Shown piece by piece: positions 55,201 through 63,283 of a stretch of DNA of 64,000 nt (within the stretch, counting starts at the first letter, position 1; every line of letters starts with the position of its first letter). The notes under the pieces were generated by a model. That model worked only from the letters and a program-made list of their open reading frames with translations, did no database searches and was not told the origin of the DNA. The translations under genes were made by a program, and so were the position numbers. Source of the DNA: Candidatus Desulfarcum epimagneticum (GTDB lineage: Bacteria > Desulfobacterota > Desulfobacteria > Desulfobacterales > CR-1); contig CAACVI010000001.1 of NCBI GenBank assembly GCA_900659855.1, forward strand, positions 113,179 through 177,178. The letters are read 5' to 3'.

Positions 55201-56706
55201 TTAACGGCCCCGGCGAATCGCCTCCGGAATCCATTCCATAATGGCGTCCACGTCCACATGCGCCTCAAAACGCCGGGCCAGCCGCTCGTATTGGCCGTCC
55301 CGCCATTCCAGCCCCCCCTTGTCCGGCGCCCCCACATCCCCCATGCCGGTTTTCCGGGCCCATTTTTCGATGATTTTCGGATTGTCGAACAGCCCGTGGA
55401 TGTAAACGCCCATGATTCGTCCCGAGGCGTCCGCGCATCCCTCCTCACGGCCGACGCCGTCTTCCCCGATTGTTTCAAACACGCCTTTGCCCTGAAGGCG
55501 GACGGTTCGACCCATATGAATTTCATAGCCGAAGCCCGGAACGCCCTCCCATGAAAACCGGACCCGGGTGGTGATCTTGGGACGTTTCATCTCGGTTTCC
55601 ACCGGCAAAAGCCCCAGCCCGGCGCTTTCGCCCGGGCTTCCGTCCGCCCCCCCGGGGTCCCGGAGCCGGCGGCCCAGCATCTGGTAACCGCCGCAGATGC
55701 CCAGGATATGGCCGCCCGCGGCCGCGTGTCTTTTGATTTCGGCTTCCCATCCCGTGGATTTCAGCCATTCCAGGTCCCGGCGGGCGTTTTTGGAGCCCGG
55801 CAGGATCACGGCGTGAAACGGGTCCAGTTTTTGGGGCTTTTCCAGGAAAAAAAGCGCCAGCCCGGGCAGATGGGAAAGGGGGGTGAAATCGGTGAAATTG
55901 GATATGCGCGGCAGGCGGATGACGGCCGCGGCCGGAGAGGAGAGATTTGCCATATCCGGCGCCGGAGGGTTTTCCACAGCCACGGAGTCCTCGGGATCGA
56001 TCACGACGTCGTCCAGCCAGGGCAAAACCCCCAGAACCGGTTTGCCGGTTTTCTCCTCAATCCATTTCAACCCGCCGTCAAACAGCCGGGCGTCGCCCCG
56101 GAAACGGTTCACGATAAATCCGGCGATCCGGTCCCGGTCATCGGGGCCCAGGCACTGAAGGGTCCCCACGATCTGGGCGAACACCCCGCCCCGGTGGATG
56201 TCGGCCGTGAGGATCACGGGCGCCCGGGCGTGGCGGGCCATGGAAAGGTTGACGATGTCGCTTTCCATCAGGTTCACTTCGGCGCAGGACCCCGCGCCTT
56301 CCATCACGATGATGTCGTGTTTGTCGCGCAGGCGGTCCAGGGACCGGGCCGCTGTGTCGAAAAACCGCTTTTTTTGCGAATAAAAATCAGCGGCGGACAT
56401 CTCCCGGACGGCTTTGCCCAAAACCACGGCCTGGGAGCGGGAGTCGGCCGAGGGTTTGAGCAGCACGGGGTTCATGTCCACATGGGCCGGTACCCCGGCG
56501 GCCTCGGCCTGGACGATCTGGGCCCGGCCCATCTCAAGCCCCTCCAGGGTCACCCCGGAGTTGTTGGACATGTTCTGCGCCTTGAAAGGGGCCGTTGAAA
56601 ACCCCCGGTTCCGAAAAATCCGGCAAAGGGCCGTGGCGATCACGCTTTTGCCCACGTCCGAGCCGGTTCCCAGGACCGACACACAAAAAGAGGATGGGCG
56701 CGTCAC
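55201..56706 (-). CDS. cobQ: cobyric acid synthase
   Basis: 501-aa ORF with GTGSDVGKS, APFKAQNMSNNS and the GATase-like C-terminus (GICGGYQMLG). Confidence 0.9.
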   Translation of the reverse strand: MTRPSSFCVSVLGTGSDVGKSVIATALCRIFRNRGFSTAPFKAQNMSNNSGVTLEGLEMGRAQIVQAEAAGVPAHVDMNPVLLKPSADSRSQAVVLGKAVREMSAADFYSQKKRFFDTAARSLDRLRDKHDIIVMEGAGSCAEVNLMESDIVNLSMARHARAPVILTADIHRGGVFAQIVGTLQCLGPDDRDRIAGFIVNRFRGDARLFDGGLKWIEEKTGKPVLGVLPWLDDVVIDPEDSVAVENPPAPDMANLSSPAAAVIRLPRISNFTDFTPLSHLPGLALFFLEKPQKLDPFHAVILPGSKNARRDLEWLKSTGWEAEIKRHAAAGGHILGICGGYQMLGRRLRDPGGADGSPGESAGLGLLPVETEMKRPKITTRVRFSWEGVPGFGYEIHMGRTVRLQGKGVFETIGEDGVGREEGCADASGRIMGVYIHGLFDNPKIIEKWARKTGMGDVGAPDKGGLEWRDGQYERLARRFEAHVDVDAIMEWIPEAIRRGR

Positions 56707-56885
56707 GGTCCCGGCGTCCTTTTTTCAGGCGGAAAGAAAGAAACACGCATTTTTTTCTTGATTAATTTTTGAACCTGAATCATAATACGTCGGTTTTGAT
56801 TTTGGAATTTATAAGAAAAGATTGTATCATATAATCAAAAAAAAACGAAAAAGCCAGCAAAAAAAGGTTTTAACGAGCGCGCCAT

Positions 56886-57041
56886 ATGACCCCTGAATCC
56901 ATGAGCATCAAAAACAGAATTTTCGTGTCGCTGATTGTGCTGTCGGCTTTTTCCATATTGATTTCATCTCACGGCTGCGGAGAAAAAGAGCGCCTGGCCC
57001 GTCTTTCAAGCCCGACCCCTGTTTTTGCCTCCACTCCCTGA
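56886..57041 (+). CDS. possible small lipoprotein (51 aa)
   Basis: ATG...TGA ORF below the track cutoff. It encodes a hydrophobic segment followed by SSHGC. Support is weak. Confidence 0.25.
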   Translation: MTPESMSIKNRIFVSLIVLSAFSILISSHGCGEKERLARLSSPTPVFASTP

Positions 57042-57079
57042 AACTCTTTTTTTTTCAGTCCCCCGATTCAAGCGCCCCC

Positions 57080-58219
57080 ATGAAAATTAAAAAAAACAAC
57101 AGGATGTATCGATTCCTGCTCTTTCTGACCGTGGCCGTGACCGTGGGGTTCCAGACCTGGCGAACCCTTTTCAACAATTTCGCCGTGGAGGCGGCCTCCC
57201 TGGACGGCGTCCACGTGGGAATCATTCAGTCCGCCCGGGAAATCCCGGGTTTTCTCACCCTGCTGGTCATTTTTGTCATCATCGTCATCAAGGAGCGCCG
57301 CCTTTCGGCCCTGTCCGTCATGGTCATGGGCGTCGGCGTGGCCCTGACCGGTTTTTTCCCGTCTTATGCCGGGCTTCTTTTCACCACCGTGGTCATGAGC
57401 TTCGGCTTCCACTATTACGAAACCACCAACCAGTCCCTGACCCTGCAATACTTTGACACGAAAACCTCGCCCCTGGTGTTCGGCAAACAGCGCAGCTTCG
57501 CCGCCGCGTCCAATATCGCGGCGGGCGTGGCCATTTACCTCATGGCGCCGCGCATGTCCTATCTGTCCATCTACCTCATCATCGGCGTCCTGGTGGTGGC
57601 GGCGGGCCTGTGGGGCTTTTTTCAGAACCCGGACAGCCGCGACATTCCCCTCCAGCATAAAAAGATGATCTTCAAGGGCCGGTACTGGCTGTATTATTTT
57701 CTCAATTTCATGTCCGGCGCCCGGCGCCAGATATTTGTGGCCTTCGCGGTGTTTCTCCTGGTGAAAAAATTTGACTTCACCGTTCAGGAGATCGCGATCC
57801 TGTTTCTGGTGAACAACGTCGTCAATTTTTTCTTAAGCCCGCTCATCGGAAAAGCCATCATCCGCTTCGGGGAAAGAAAGGTTCTGTCCCTGGAATATTT
57901 CAGCCTGATTTTCATCTTCATCGCCTACGCCTTCGCCCAGTCGAAAATGGTGGTGGCCGGCCTTTACATCCTCGACCACGTGTTTTTCAACTTCGCCATC
58001 GCCATCCGGACCTATTTCCAGAAAATCAGCGACCCCAAAGACATCGCGCCCAGCATGGCCGTGGGCTTCACCATCAACCACATCGCCGCCGTGTTCCTGC
58101 CCGCCGCCGGCGGGCTTTTGTGGATGATCGACTACCGGATTCCCTTTTTCCTGGGCGCGGTTTTGAGCCTTGTTTCCCTGGTTGCGGTTCAGAAGATCGA
58201 CATTCACATTCAAAAATGA
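57080..58219 (+). CDS. MFS-type membrane transporter
   Basis: 379-aa ORF with 10-12 hydrophobic spans. Confidence 0.6.
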   Translation: MKIKKNNRMYRFLLFLTVAVTVGFQTWRTLFNNFAVEAASLDGVHVGIIQSAREIPGFLTLLVIFVIIVIKERRLSALSVMVMGVGVALTGFFPSYAGLLFTTVVMSFGFHYYETTNQSLTLQYFDTKTSPLVFGKQRSFAAASNIAAGVAIYLMAPRMSYLSIYLIIGVLVVAAGLWGFFQNPDSRDIPLQHKKMIFKGRYWLYYFLNFMSGARRQIFVAFAVFLLVKKFDFTVQEIAILFLVNNVVNFFLSPLIGKAIIRFGERKVLSLEYFSLIFIFIAYAFAQSKMVVAGLYILDHVFFNFAIAIRTYFQKISDPKDIAPSMAVGFTINHIAAVFLPAAGGLLWMIDYRIPFFLGAVLSLVSLVAVQKIDIHIQK

Positions 58220-58367
58220 CAGCGTCGTAAAAAATCCGATCTGCTGCGTTCCGGCTCTTATTTTGAATTGAGGCATACTACATGTATTGCCTCAATTCAA
58301 AATAAGCCCCGCGCCTTGCATATCGAATCTTTTACGACGCTGTCCCGTAATTTTTTGCGGGGTTTAT
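58220..58367 (+). mobile_element. MITE-like repeat copy C7 (type A variant with perfect inner inverted repeats)
   Basis: CAGCGTCGTAAAA...TTTTACGACGCTG forms a 13-bp perfect inner inverted repeat. The tail is TCCCGTAATTTTTTGCGGGGTTTAT. It starts directly after the TGA at 58217-58219. Flanks CAAAAATGA and GAAAAATGA match at 8 of 9 positions. Confidence 0.8.
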
Positions 58368-58376
58368 GAAAAATGA

Positions 58377-58433
58377 TGATGTCGTAAAAATCTCATCAAC
58401 CGCCTTCCGGCTCTTTTTTCTTTTATTCAGCCT
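58377..58433 (+). mobile_element. decayed partial MITE copy (C7b)
   Basis: TGATGTCGTAAAAATCTCATCAACCGCCTTCCGGCTCTTTT... aligns with the left third of C7 (..GTCGTAAAAAATCCGATCTGCTGCGTTCCGGCTCTTATTT). Confidence 0.45.
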
Positions 58434-58507
58434 TAAAATACGATATAGTGACGCAGTATTTCGCGACGCAGGAAAATCCAAACGAATCGAAGAAAGGAGA
58501 CATTCCC

Positions 58508-59134
58508 ATGCCCGTCCACGTGGTTCGTCACCCGCTTATCAGTCATAAGGTGGGTCTGATGCGAAAAAAAGAAGTCCCCACCAAACTCTTCAGGGACCTG
58601 GTGTCCGAGCTGTCCACCCTCATCACCTATGAGGCCACAAAAGATCTGGAAGTGGAGGAAAAAATGGTGGAGGGATGGGCCGGGGCGGTCGCCACCCAGA
58701 CCATCAAAGGGAAAAAAATCACGGTGGTCCCCATTCTGCGCGCCGGGCTCGGCATGATGGAAGGGGCGCTCAGCCTGATTCCCCTGGCCAAGGTCAGCGT
58801 GGTGGGGCTGTATCGAAACGAAGAGACCCTGGAGCCGGTTCGGTATTATGTGAAACTCACCGGCGACATGCCGGAGCGGGTCGCCCTGATCCTGGATCCC
58901 ATGCTGGCCACCGGCGGCACCCTCACCGCCACCATCGACATTTTAAAAGAGGCCGGGTGCGAAAAAATAAAAGCCCTGACCCTGGTGTCCGCCCCCGAGG
59001 GGATCGCCAAGGTGGAAAAGGCGCATCCCGACGTGGACATTTACACGGCGGCCGTTGACGAAAAATTAAACGACATCGGCTACATCCTGCCGGGGCTGGG
59101 GGATGCCGGGGATAAAATTTTCGGCACGAAATAA
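58508..59134 (+). CDS. upp: uracil phosphoribosyltransferase
   Basis: ATG at 58508 follows GAAAGGAGA. Motifs [15 protein letters not shown] and DPMLATGGT present. Confidence 0.9.
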   Translation: MPVHVVRHPLISHKVGLMRKKEVPTKLFRDLVSELSTLITYEATKDLEVEEKMVEGWAGAVATQTIKGKKITVVPILRAGLGMMEGALSLIPLAKVSVVGLYRNEETLEPVRYYVKLTGDMPERVALILDPMLATGGTLTATIDILKEAGCEKIKALTLVSAPEGIAKVEKAHPDVDIYTAAVDEKLNDIGYILPGLGDAGDKIFGTK

Positions 59135-59215
59135 CGACAGCATCGTAAAAATAACCGCCACGCCTTGTATATCGAATTCTTTACGACGCTGTCCCATGAT
59201 TTTTTACGAGTTTAT
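59135..59215 (+). mobile_element. MITE-like repeat copy C8 (81-bp internal-deletion derivative lacking the hairpin)
   Basis: CGACAGCATCGTAAAAATAACCGCCACGCCTTGTATATCGAATTCTTTACGACGCTGTCCCATGATTTTTTACGAGTTTAT begins directly after the upp TAA. Flanks GAAATAA and TAAATAA. Confidence 0.75.
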
Positions 59216-59221
59216 TAAATA

Positions 59222-60079
59222 ATGACGCTCTCAAAAACCCTCATCCGCTCCCTGGCGGGGATCGTTTTGTCCGCGATCCTGTTTTTTTCGTCCGGCCTCA
59301 AGGTCCCCGGACTGGACCCCGGCGCCGACGACTATTTCCGGGACGCCATGGTCAAAGCCGGGGCCGCCTACGCCACCTGCCGGGCCATCAACGCCTCGGT
59401 GTCCATTATCAAAGAATCCAAACTCCAGCTGGAGCCGGCCGGGGTGGGGATATCCGTGGCCGCCGGCCAGGCGCTGGACCCCATTGACGACATGACCGAG
59501 CGGCTCTCGGACGTGCTGGTGGTCGCCATCGTCTCACTGGGGGTCCAGAAGCTGGCCCATGAAATCGGCGTGTCCCTGGCTCCCCCGATTCTGGCTGTCC
59601 TGGCCCTTCTGCTGTCCGCTTTGATATGGATCAAAAATGAAAAGGCGGCGTTTTTTCAAAAAGCCCTGGTCCGCTTTTTATTCCTCATCCTCATCGTCCG
59701 TTTTTTCCTGCCCCTGTCGTCTCTGGCCAATGGGTTTCTTCAAACGCGGTTTTTCGACCCCCAGGCGTCCCAGGCCCGCCAGGAGCTGGCCCTGGTCTCC
59801 TCCGAGGCCGACCTCCTCAAAGACCTCTCCCTTTCCCCGTCCCCCGGGATTTTGGGCGCCATCAAAAACAGCGCCGCGCTCTTCAAACAACAAACCGCGC
59901 GTTTCAAACGCTCCCTTTCAGCCATTTCCAAAAACATGGGCCTCGTCATCGAAAATCTTTTGAAGCTGACCTTCCTGTACGTGGGATTTTTTCTGATCCA
60001 GGTCATCATCCTGCCCCTTCTGGCCTTCTGGCTCCTTTCCCGGGGGGCCCGGGTTCTGTTTGATGGGGGAATCCGGTAA
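59222..60079 (+). CDS. hypothetical membrane protein
   Basis: 285-aa ORF with several TM helices and no recognised motif. Confidence 0.5.
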   Translation: MTLSKTLIRSLAGIVLSAILFFSSGLKVPGLDPGADDYFRDAMVKAGAAYATCRAINASVSIIKESKLQLEPAGVGISVAAGQALDPIDDMTERLSDVLVVAIVSLGVQKLAHEIGVSLAPPILAVLALLLSALIWIKNEKAAFFQKALVRFLFLILIVRFFLPLSSLANGFLQTRFFDPQASQARQELALVSSEADLLKDLSLSPSPGILGAIKNSAALFKQQTARFKRSLSAISKNMGLVIENLLKLTFLYVGFFLIQVIILPLLAFWLLSRGARVLFDGGIR

Positions 60080-60130
60080 AGACAAGGCTTGTTTTGTCCC
60101 CGGGGCGGGATAAACATCGGCGGGAAAAAA

Positions 60131-60159
60131 TTGACAATCTTTATACCATCGGTTATACT
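60131..60159 (+). promoter_or_regulatory. sigma70-like promoter of the toxin-antitoxin pair
   Basis: TTGACA (60131-60136), 17-nt spacer, TATACT (60154-60159). GGAGG RBS lies before the ATG at 60187. Confidence 0.5.
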
Positions 60160-60186
60160 TTTTGTATTAAACCGGAGGTAAACAAG

Positions 60187-60435
60187 ATGCCGAATGTAAA
60201 GACCGCCATATCGGTTGAAAAATCTATTTTTGAGCGGATGGACGTCCTGGCAAAAAATTTAAACACATCAAGAAGCCGCCTGTTTGCCATGGCGGCCCGG
60301 GAATTTCTCCAGCGCCATCATCATAAAGAGCTTCTCAAATCGATCAACCATGCTTATGATGATCTGTCTGAATCCGATCCCCTTATCCAAAAGATGCGCC
60401 CGGGGCATCATGAGATGGTCAAGGACCAATGGTAA
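60187..60435 (+). CDS. ribbon-helix-helix (CopG/MazE-like) antitoxin
   Basis: 82-aa product with an RHH-type N-terminus (VKTAISVEKSIFERMDVLAKNLNTSRSRLFAMAAREFL). It lies upstream of a PemK/MazF-like gene. Confidence 0.65.
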   Translation: MPNVKTAISVEKSIFERMDVLAKNLNTSRSRLFAMAAREFLQRHHHKELLKSINHAYDDLSESDPLIQKMRPGHHEMVKDQW

Positions 60436-60582
60436 TGGCGTCGTAAAAAATCCGATCTACTGTGTTGCAGCGCTTATTTTTAATTGAGGCATACTACATG
60501 TATTGCCTCAATTAAAAATAACCACTACGCCTTGTATGTCGAATTTTTAACTTAGCCATCCCAATCTTTTTTACGAGTTTAT
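60436..60582 (+). mobile_element. MITE-like repeat copy C9 (type A), inserted between antitoxin and toxin genes
   Basis: Full-length copy flanked by a perfect 9-bp direct repeat CAATGGTAA (60427-60435 and 60583-60591). Confidence 0.85.
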
Positions 60583-60584
60583 CA

Positions 60585-60941
60585 ATGGTAATCAACCAGG
60601 GCGATATATTCTGGATAGATTTCGGCGCCCCTGACGGATCAGAGCCCGGTTATCGTCATCCCCACGTGGTCGTCCAAAACAACATTTTCAACCGCAGCCG
60701 AATCAATACGGTTGTGGTCTGCGCTTTGACCTCCAATCTCAAAAGAGCCGAGGCCCCGGGAAATGTGGCCCTGAAAAAAGGCGAGGCCAATCTGGAAAAA
60801 AGAAGCGTGGTCAATGTTTCCCAAATTTTCACTGTGAACAAAAGCGATCTGTTCCATAAAATCGGAACCCTGTCAAAGGATCGCGTGGCCCGGATTCTGC
60901 TGGGCATTCAAATTCTCATGGCGCCCGGCGATGTGGATTAA
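60585..60941 (+). CDS. PemK/MazF-family endoribonuclease toxin
   Basis: 118-aa ORF with the typical N-terminus (QGDIFWIDFG...G.E..YRHPHVVVQ) and VVCALTS. Confidence 0.8.
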   Translation: MVINQGDIFWIDFGAPDGSEPGYRHPHVVVQNNIFNRSRINTVVVCALTSNLKRAEAPGNVALKKGEANLEKRSVVNVSQIFTVNKSDLFHKIGTLSKDRVARILLGIQILMAPGDVD

Positions 60942-60980
60942 AAGGAAATCCAGGTCTGGGAAATGCGCGACACATGGGGT

Positions 60981-61029
60981 GGCGCGCGGCATGGTAGAGA
61001 CGCACGGCGTGCGTCTCCCACGACGCGCC
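60981..61029. other. GC-rich nested stem-loop downstream of the toxin gene (no U-tract)
   Basis: GAGACGCAC-GGC-GTGCGTCTC (60997-61017) nested within GGCGCG...CGCGCC. Confidence 0.4.
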
Positions 61030-61049
61030 GAAAACAAACCGACCCTTGA

Positions 61050-61235
61050 CTTTTTGGGGCTGTGGGCGTAGCGTTATGCCATTTTGGTTTCATGGGCGAG
61101 CTGGATCAGGAGAAGCTGTCGGCTCTTCTGGAATTGAAATACCATTCAGTCAGAGACGCGGTGGCGGAATTGGGCGGCGTTCCCGAAATACGGGACATGT
61201 TTGTGGGATTTCAAGAGAATTTGTACGCGCCCTGA
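61050..61235 (+). pseudogene. possible 3' remnant of a type I restriction enzyme R subunit (EcoEI_R_C-like tail)
   Basis: A frame different from the track ORF reads ...MGELDQEKLSALLELKYHSVRDAVAELGGVPEIRDMFVGFQENLYAP*. This resembles the conserved HsdR C-terminal tail as I remember it. No upstream body of the gene is present. Confidence 0.35.
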
Positions 61236-61294
61236 ATGCATGATGATTCTTATCTGAAACCGTCCGCGTCCGCGAATAATAAGAGGAAAACCAA

Positions 61295-62038
61295 ATGACC
61301 CATTACGCCAGGCTGGATCAGCTCAAGCAAAAACTGGATTCATTTCGCCCGCTTCCCCCGGAAACAGTCGCCGGCCTCCATGAGGACATTGCGTTGCGCT
61401 GGACCTATCATTCCAACGCCATTGAAGGCAACACCCTGACTTTAAAGGAAACCAAGGTCGTTTTGGAAGGCGTGACCATCGGCGGCAAAACCATGCGGGA
61501 GCATTTCGAGGTCATCAATCATCGCCAGGCCATTGGTTTTGTGGAGGAGATAGCGAAAAAAGAGGAGCCCCTGTCCGAATGGCGGATCAAATCCATTCAC
61601 CAGCTTGTTTTGAAAAATATTGACGACCCCAACGCCGGGGTCTGGCGGCGTTGCAATGTCGTGATTTCAGGGGCGGATCATACGCCGCCGGATTTCACGC
61701 AGGTTCCGTCTGAAATGGAGCGGCTGATTGAATGGCATGGCCGCGAGGGGCAAAAACGCCATCCGGTGGAAAGGGCCGCCAGGCTTCACGCCGATTTCGT
61801 CAAGATACATCCCTTTGTCGACGGAAACGGCAGGACCGCCCGGCTGCTGATGAATTTTGACCTGATGAAGGACGGCTTTCCCCCGGCGGTTCTTGGTGTT
61901 GAAAAACGCCTGGAATATTACGAATCTTTGGACACGGCGCATACAACCGGCGATTATGGGCCGTTTCTGTCATTGATGGCCGGGGTTGTGGAAGACGGGT
62001 TTAAACCTTACCGGCGCGTCCTGGGGATCGACATATGA
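61295..62038 (+). CDS. fic: Fic/DOC-family protein
   Basis: 247-aa ORF with the canonical Fic motif HPFVDGNGRTARLL. Confidence 0.85.
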   Translation: MTHYARLDQLKQKLDSFRPLPPETVAGLHEDIALRWTYHSNAIEGNTLTLKETKVVLEGVTIGGKTMREHFEVINHRQAIGFVEEIAKKEEPLSEWRIKSIHQLVLKNIDDPNAGVWRRCNVVISGADHTPPDFTQVPSEMERLIEWHGREGQKRHPVERAARLHADFVKIHPFVDGNGRTARLLMNFDLMKDGFPPAVLGVEKRLEYYESLDTAHTTGDYGPFLSLMAGVVEDGFKPYRRVLGIDI

Positions 62039-62063
62039 GATTTAGAGACAAGGCATGCCTTGA

Positions 62064-62210
62064 CGACATCGTAAAAAAATCGATCTACTGCGTTGCGGCG
62101 TTTTTTTGTTCGTTCGGCATACTATATGTATGGCCTCTCTCTCAAAAAACCACCACGCCTTGTATATCGAATTTTTACGATGCCGTCTGATCTATTTTTT
62201 ACGAGTTTAT
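62064..62210 (+). mobile_element. MITE-like repeat copy C10 (type B)
   Basis: CGACATCGTAAAAAAATCGATCTACTGCGTT...TTTTTACGATGCCGTCTGATCTATTTTTTACGAGTTTAT. Flanks CATGCCTTGA (62054-62063) and CATGCCTTGG (62211-62220) match at 9 of 10 positions. Confidence 0.8.
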
Positions 62211-62224
62211 CATGCCTTGGTGAA

Positions 62225-62290
62225 ATGGAAAAATTGAAACATAAATACCGCGTGTCATCCACCCGGCCGCAGAATTGGAATTGCGGCGCC
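62225..62290 (+). pseudogene. possible N-terminal stub of a Y1 (IS200/RayT-like) transposase
   Basis: MEKLKHKYRVSSTRPQNWNCG resembles the KYRIxSxRLQNWDY N-terminus of REP-associated/IS200-like tyrosine transposases as I remember it. The similarity ends where the convergent DUF2284 gene begins. Confidence 0.25.
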
Positions 62291-62827
62291 TCACTCCACC
62301 ATCAGAAAGGCGTACCGGTTCATTTCCTGTTCATAATCGGTCAACACCTCTATGGGGAAGCCGATTTTGCGAACGGTCGCGAAAACATCAACGCCCAGAC
62401 CTTCCGGGCAGGGTCTGGCCAGGCGCGGCTTTAAGCATTCGTCCCTCTGGCCCGGGCAATCCTCGCAAATCCCGCATTCATCCATAAACAGCAAAAACGC
62501 TTTGCGATGCCCGGACAGAAACACCGCTTTTTCCAGCTTGAGCAAATCGAGATTGGTTTCCCGGCCCCATTTTTTTCTGTCATCCGGACGCGCCACTTTT
62601 TTCGCGATATGAATGATTGCGATCCGCCTGTATTCCTTAAAAAATTCCTGACATTCCTGAACGGACGGAACAGACGGCGGGCACGCGCCGCTCTTTCCGT
62701 AAGTGGGGCATCCGAACATGCATTTGAATCTGGGCCACTGGCGGACCTCCACCTCTTCTCCGGATATCCATTTGAAGTCCGGATATCCATTTTCGGAAAT
62801 GATGGTCTCAATTTTTTCAGCGTTCAT
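62291..62827 (-). CDS. DUF2284-like predicted metal-binding protein
   Basis: 178-aa ORF with the Cys-rich motif CMFGCPTYGKSGACPP and later CxxCxxC-like Cys residues. Confidence 0.65.
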   Translation of the reverse strand: MNAEKIETIISENGYPDFKWISGEEVEVRQWPRFKCMFGCPTYGKSGACPPSVPSVQECQEFFKEYRRIAIIHIAKKVARPDDRKKWGRETNLDLLKLEKAVFLSGHRKAFLLFMDECGICEDCPGQRDECLKPRLARPCPEGLGVDVFATVRKIGFPIEVLTDYEQEMNRYAFLMVE

Positions 62828-62838
62828 AAGTTTTTTCC

Positions 62839-63045
62839 TTAACTGGTTGATTTTAGATTAAATTTTTTCCCGACGGCGGTCTGCGCCGCATCGCGCGAAA
62901 GCCATATAATGTGGATCTCATACTCGCTTTGGAGTTTTTTGATCGCCAAGCTTGTCAAAATAGCGCCAGGCGCCATTGAAATCGGAAAATATTTCCAGAT
63001 CGTGACCATCAGGCATATCAGGCTCCATTGCCGGGGGACGCCCAT
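62839..63045 (-). CDS. small hypothetical protein
   Basis: 68-aa ORF directly upstream of, and on the same strand as, the DUF2284 gene. No motif recognised. Confidence 0.3.
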   Translation of the reverse strand: MGVPRQWSLICLMVTIWKYFPISMAPGAILTSLAIKKLQSEYEIHIIWLSRDAAQTAVGKKFNLKSTS

Positions 63046-63107
63046 TTATTGACAATCCTTGCCGGCGTTGGTATTGTCTTTTTTATCATTTTAAACAGAT
63101 GGGGGCG

Positions 63108-63161
63108 CCGGCATCGCAAAAAGATGCCCACGCCCTGTATATCGGATTTTTACGATTTTAT
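63108..63161 (+). mobile_element. short decayed MITE copy C11
   Basis: CCGGCATCGCAAAAAGATGCCCACGCCCTGTATATCGGATTTTTACGATTTTAT retains the left end, the ACGCCYTGTATATCG core and the right end. Confidence 0.55.
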
Positions 63162-63283
63162 CAAACAGGATATTCTTCTATTTGATATCATTGTCGTGTA
63201 AATGTCATCATGATGTCGTGGCGGCATCCTCTTTTCTCTGGTATTGAAATGGTCAGCATTCAATCAAACACAAAGGAAAACCC

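Noticed and set aside
55118-56885. I looked for a cobalamin riboswitch upstream of cobQ and a Moco/Tuco riboswitch upstream of aor.
   Set aside because: The aor leader is only 83 nt. The cobQ upstream region is A/T-rich with no B12-box-like or Moco-like conserved core that I could recognise. Only a covariance-model scan could settle this.
2616-63161. I considered whether the dispersed 150-bp repeats form a CRISPR array or are integron attC sites, since they sit right after ORF stops.
   Set aside because: The copies are kilobases apart and irregularly spaced, with no short unique spacers, so this is not a CRISPR array. The flanking genes are core housekeeping genes on both strands, and one copy is inverted. 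No intI gene is present, and the ends do not fit the RYYYAAC/GTTRRRY attC cores. The flanking 9-10 bp duplications point to transposition instead.
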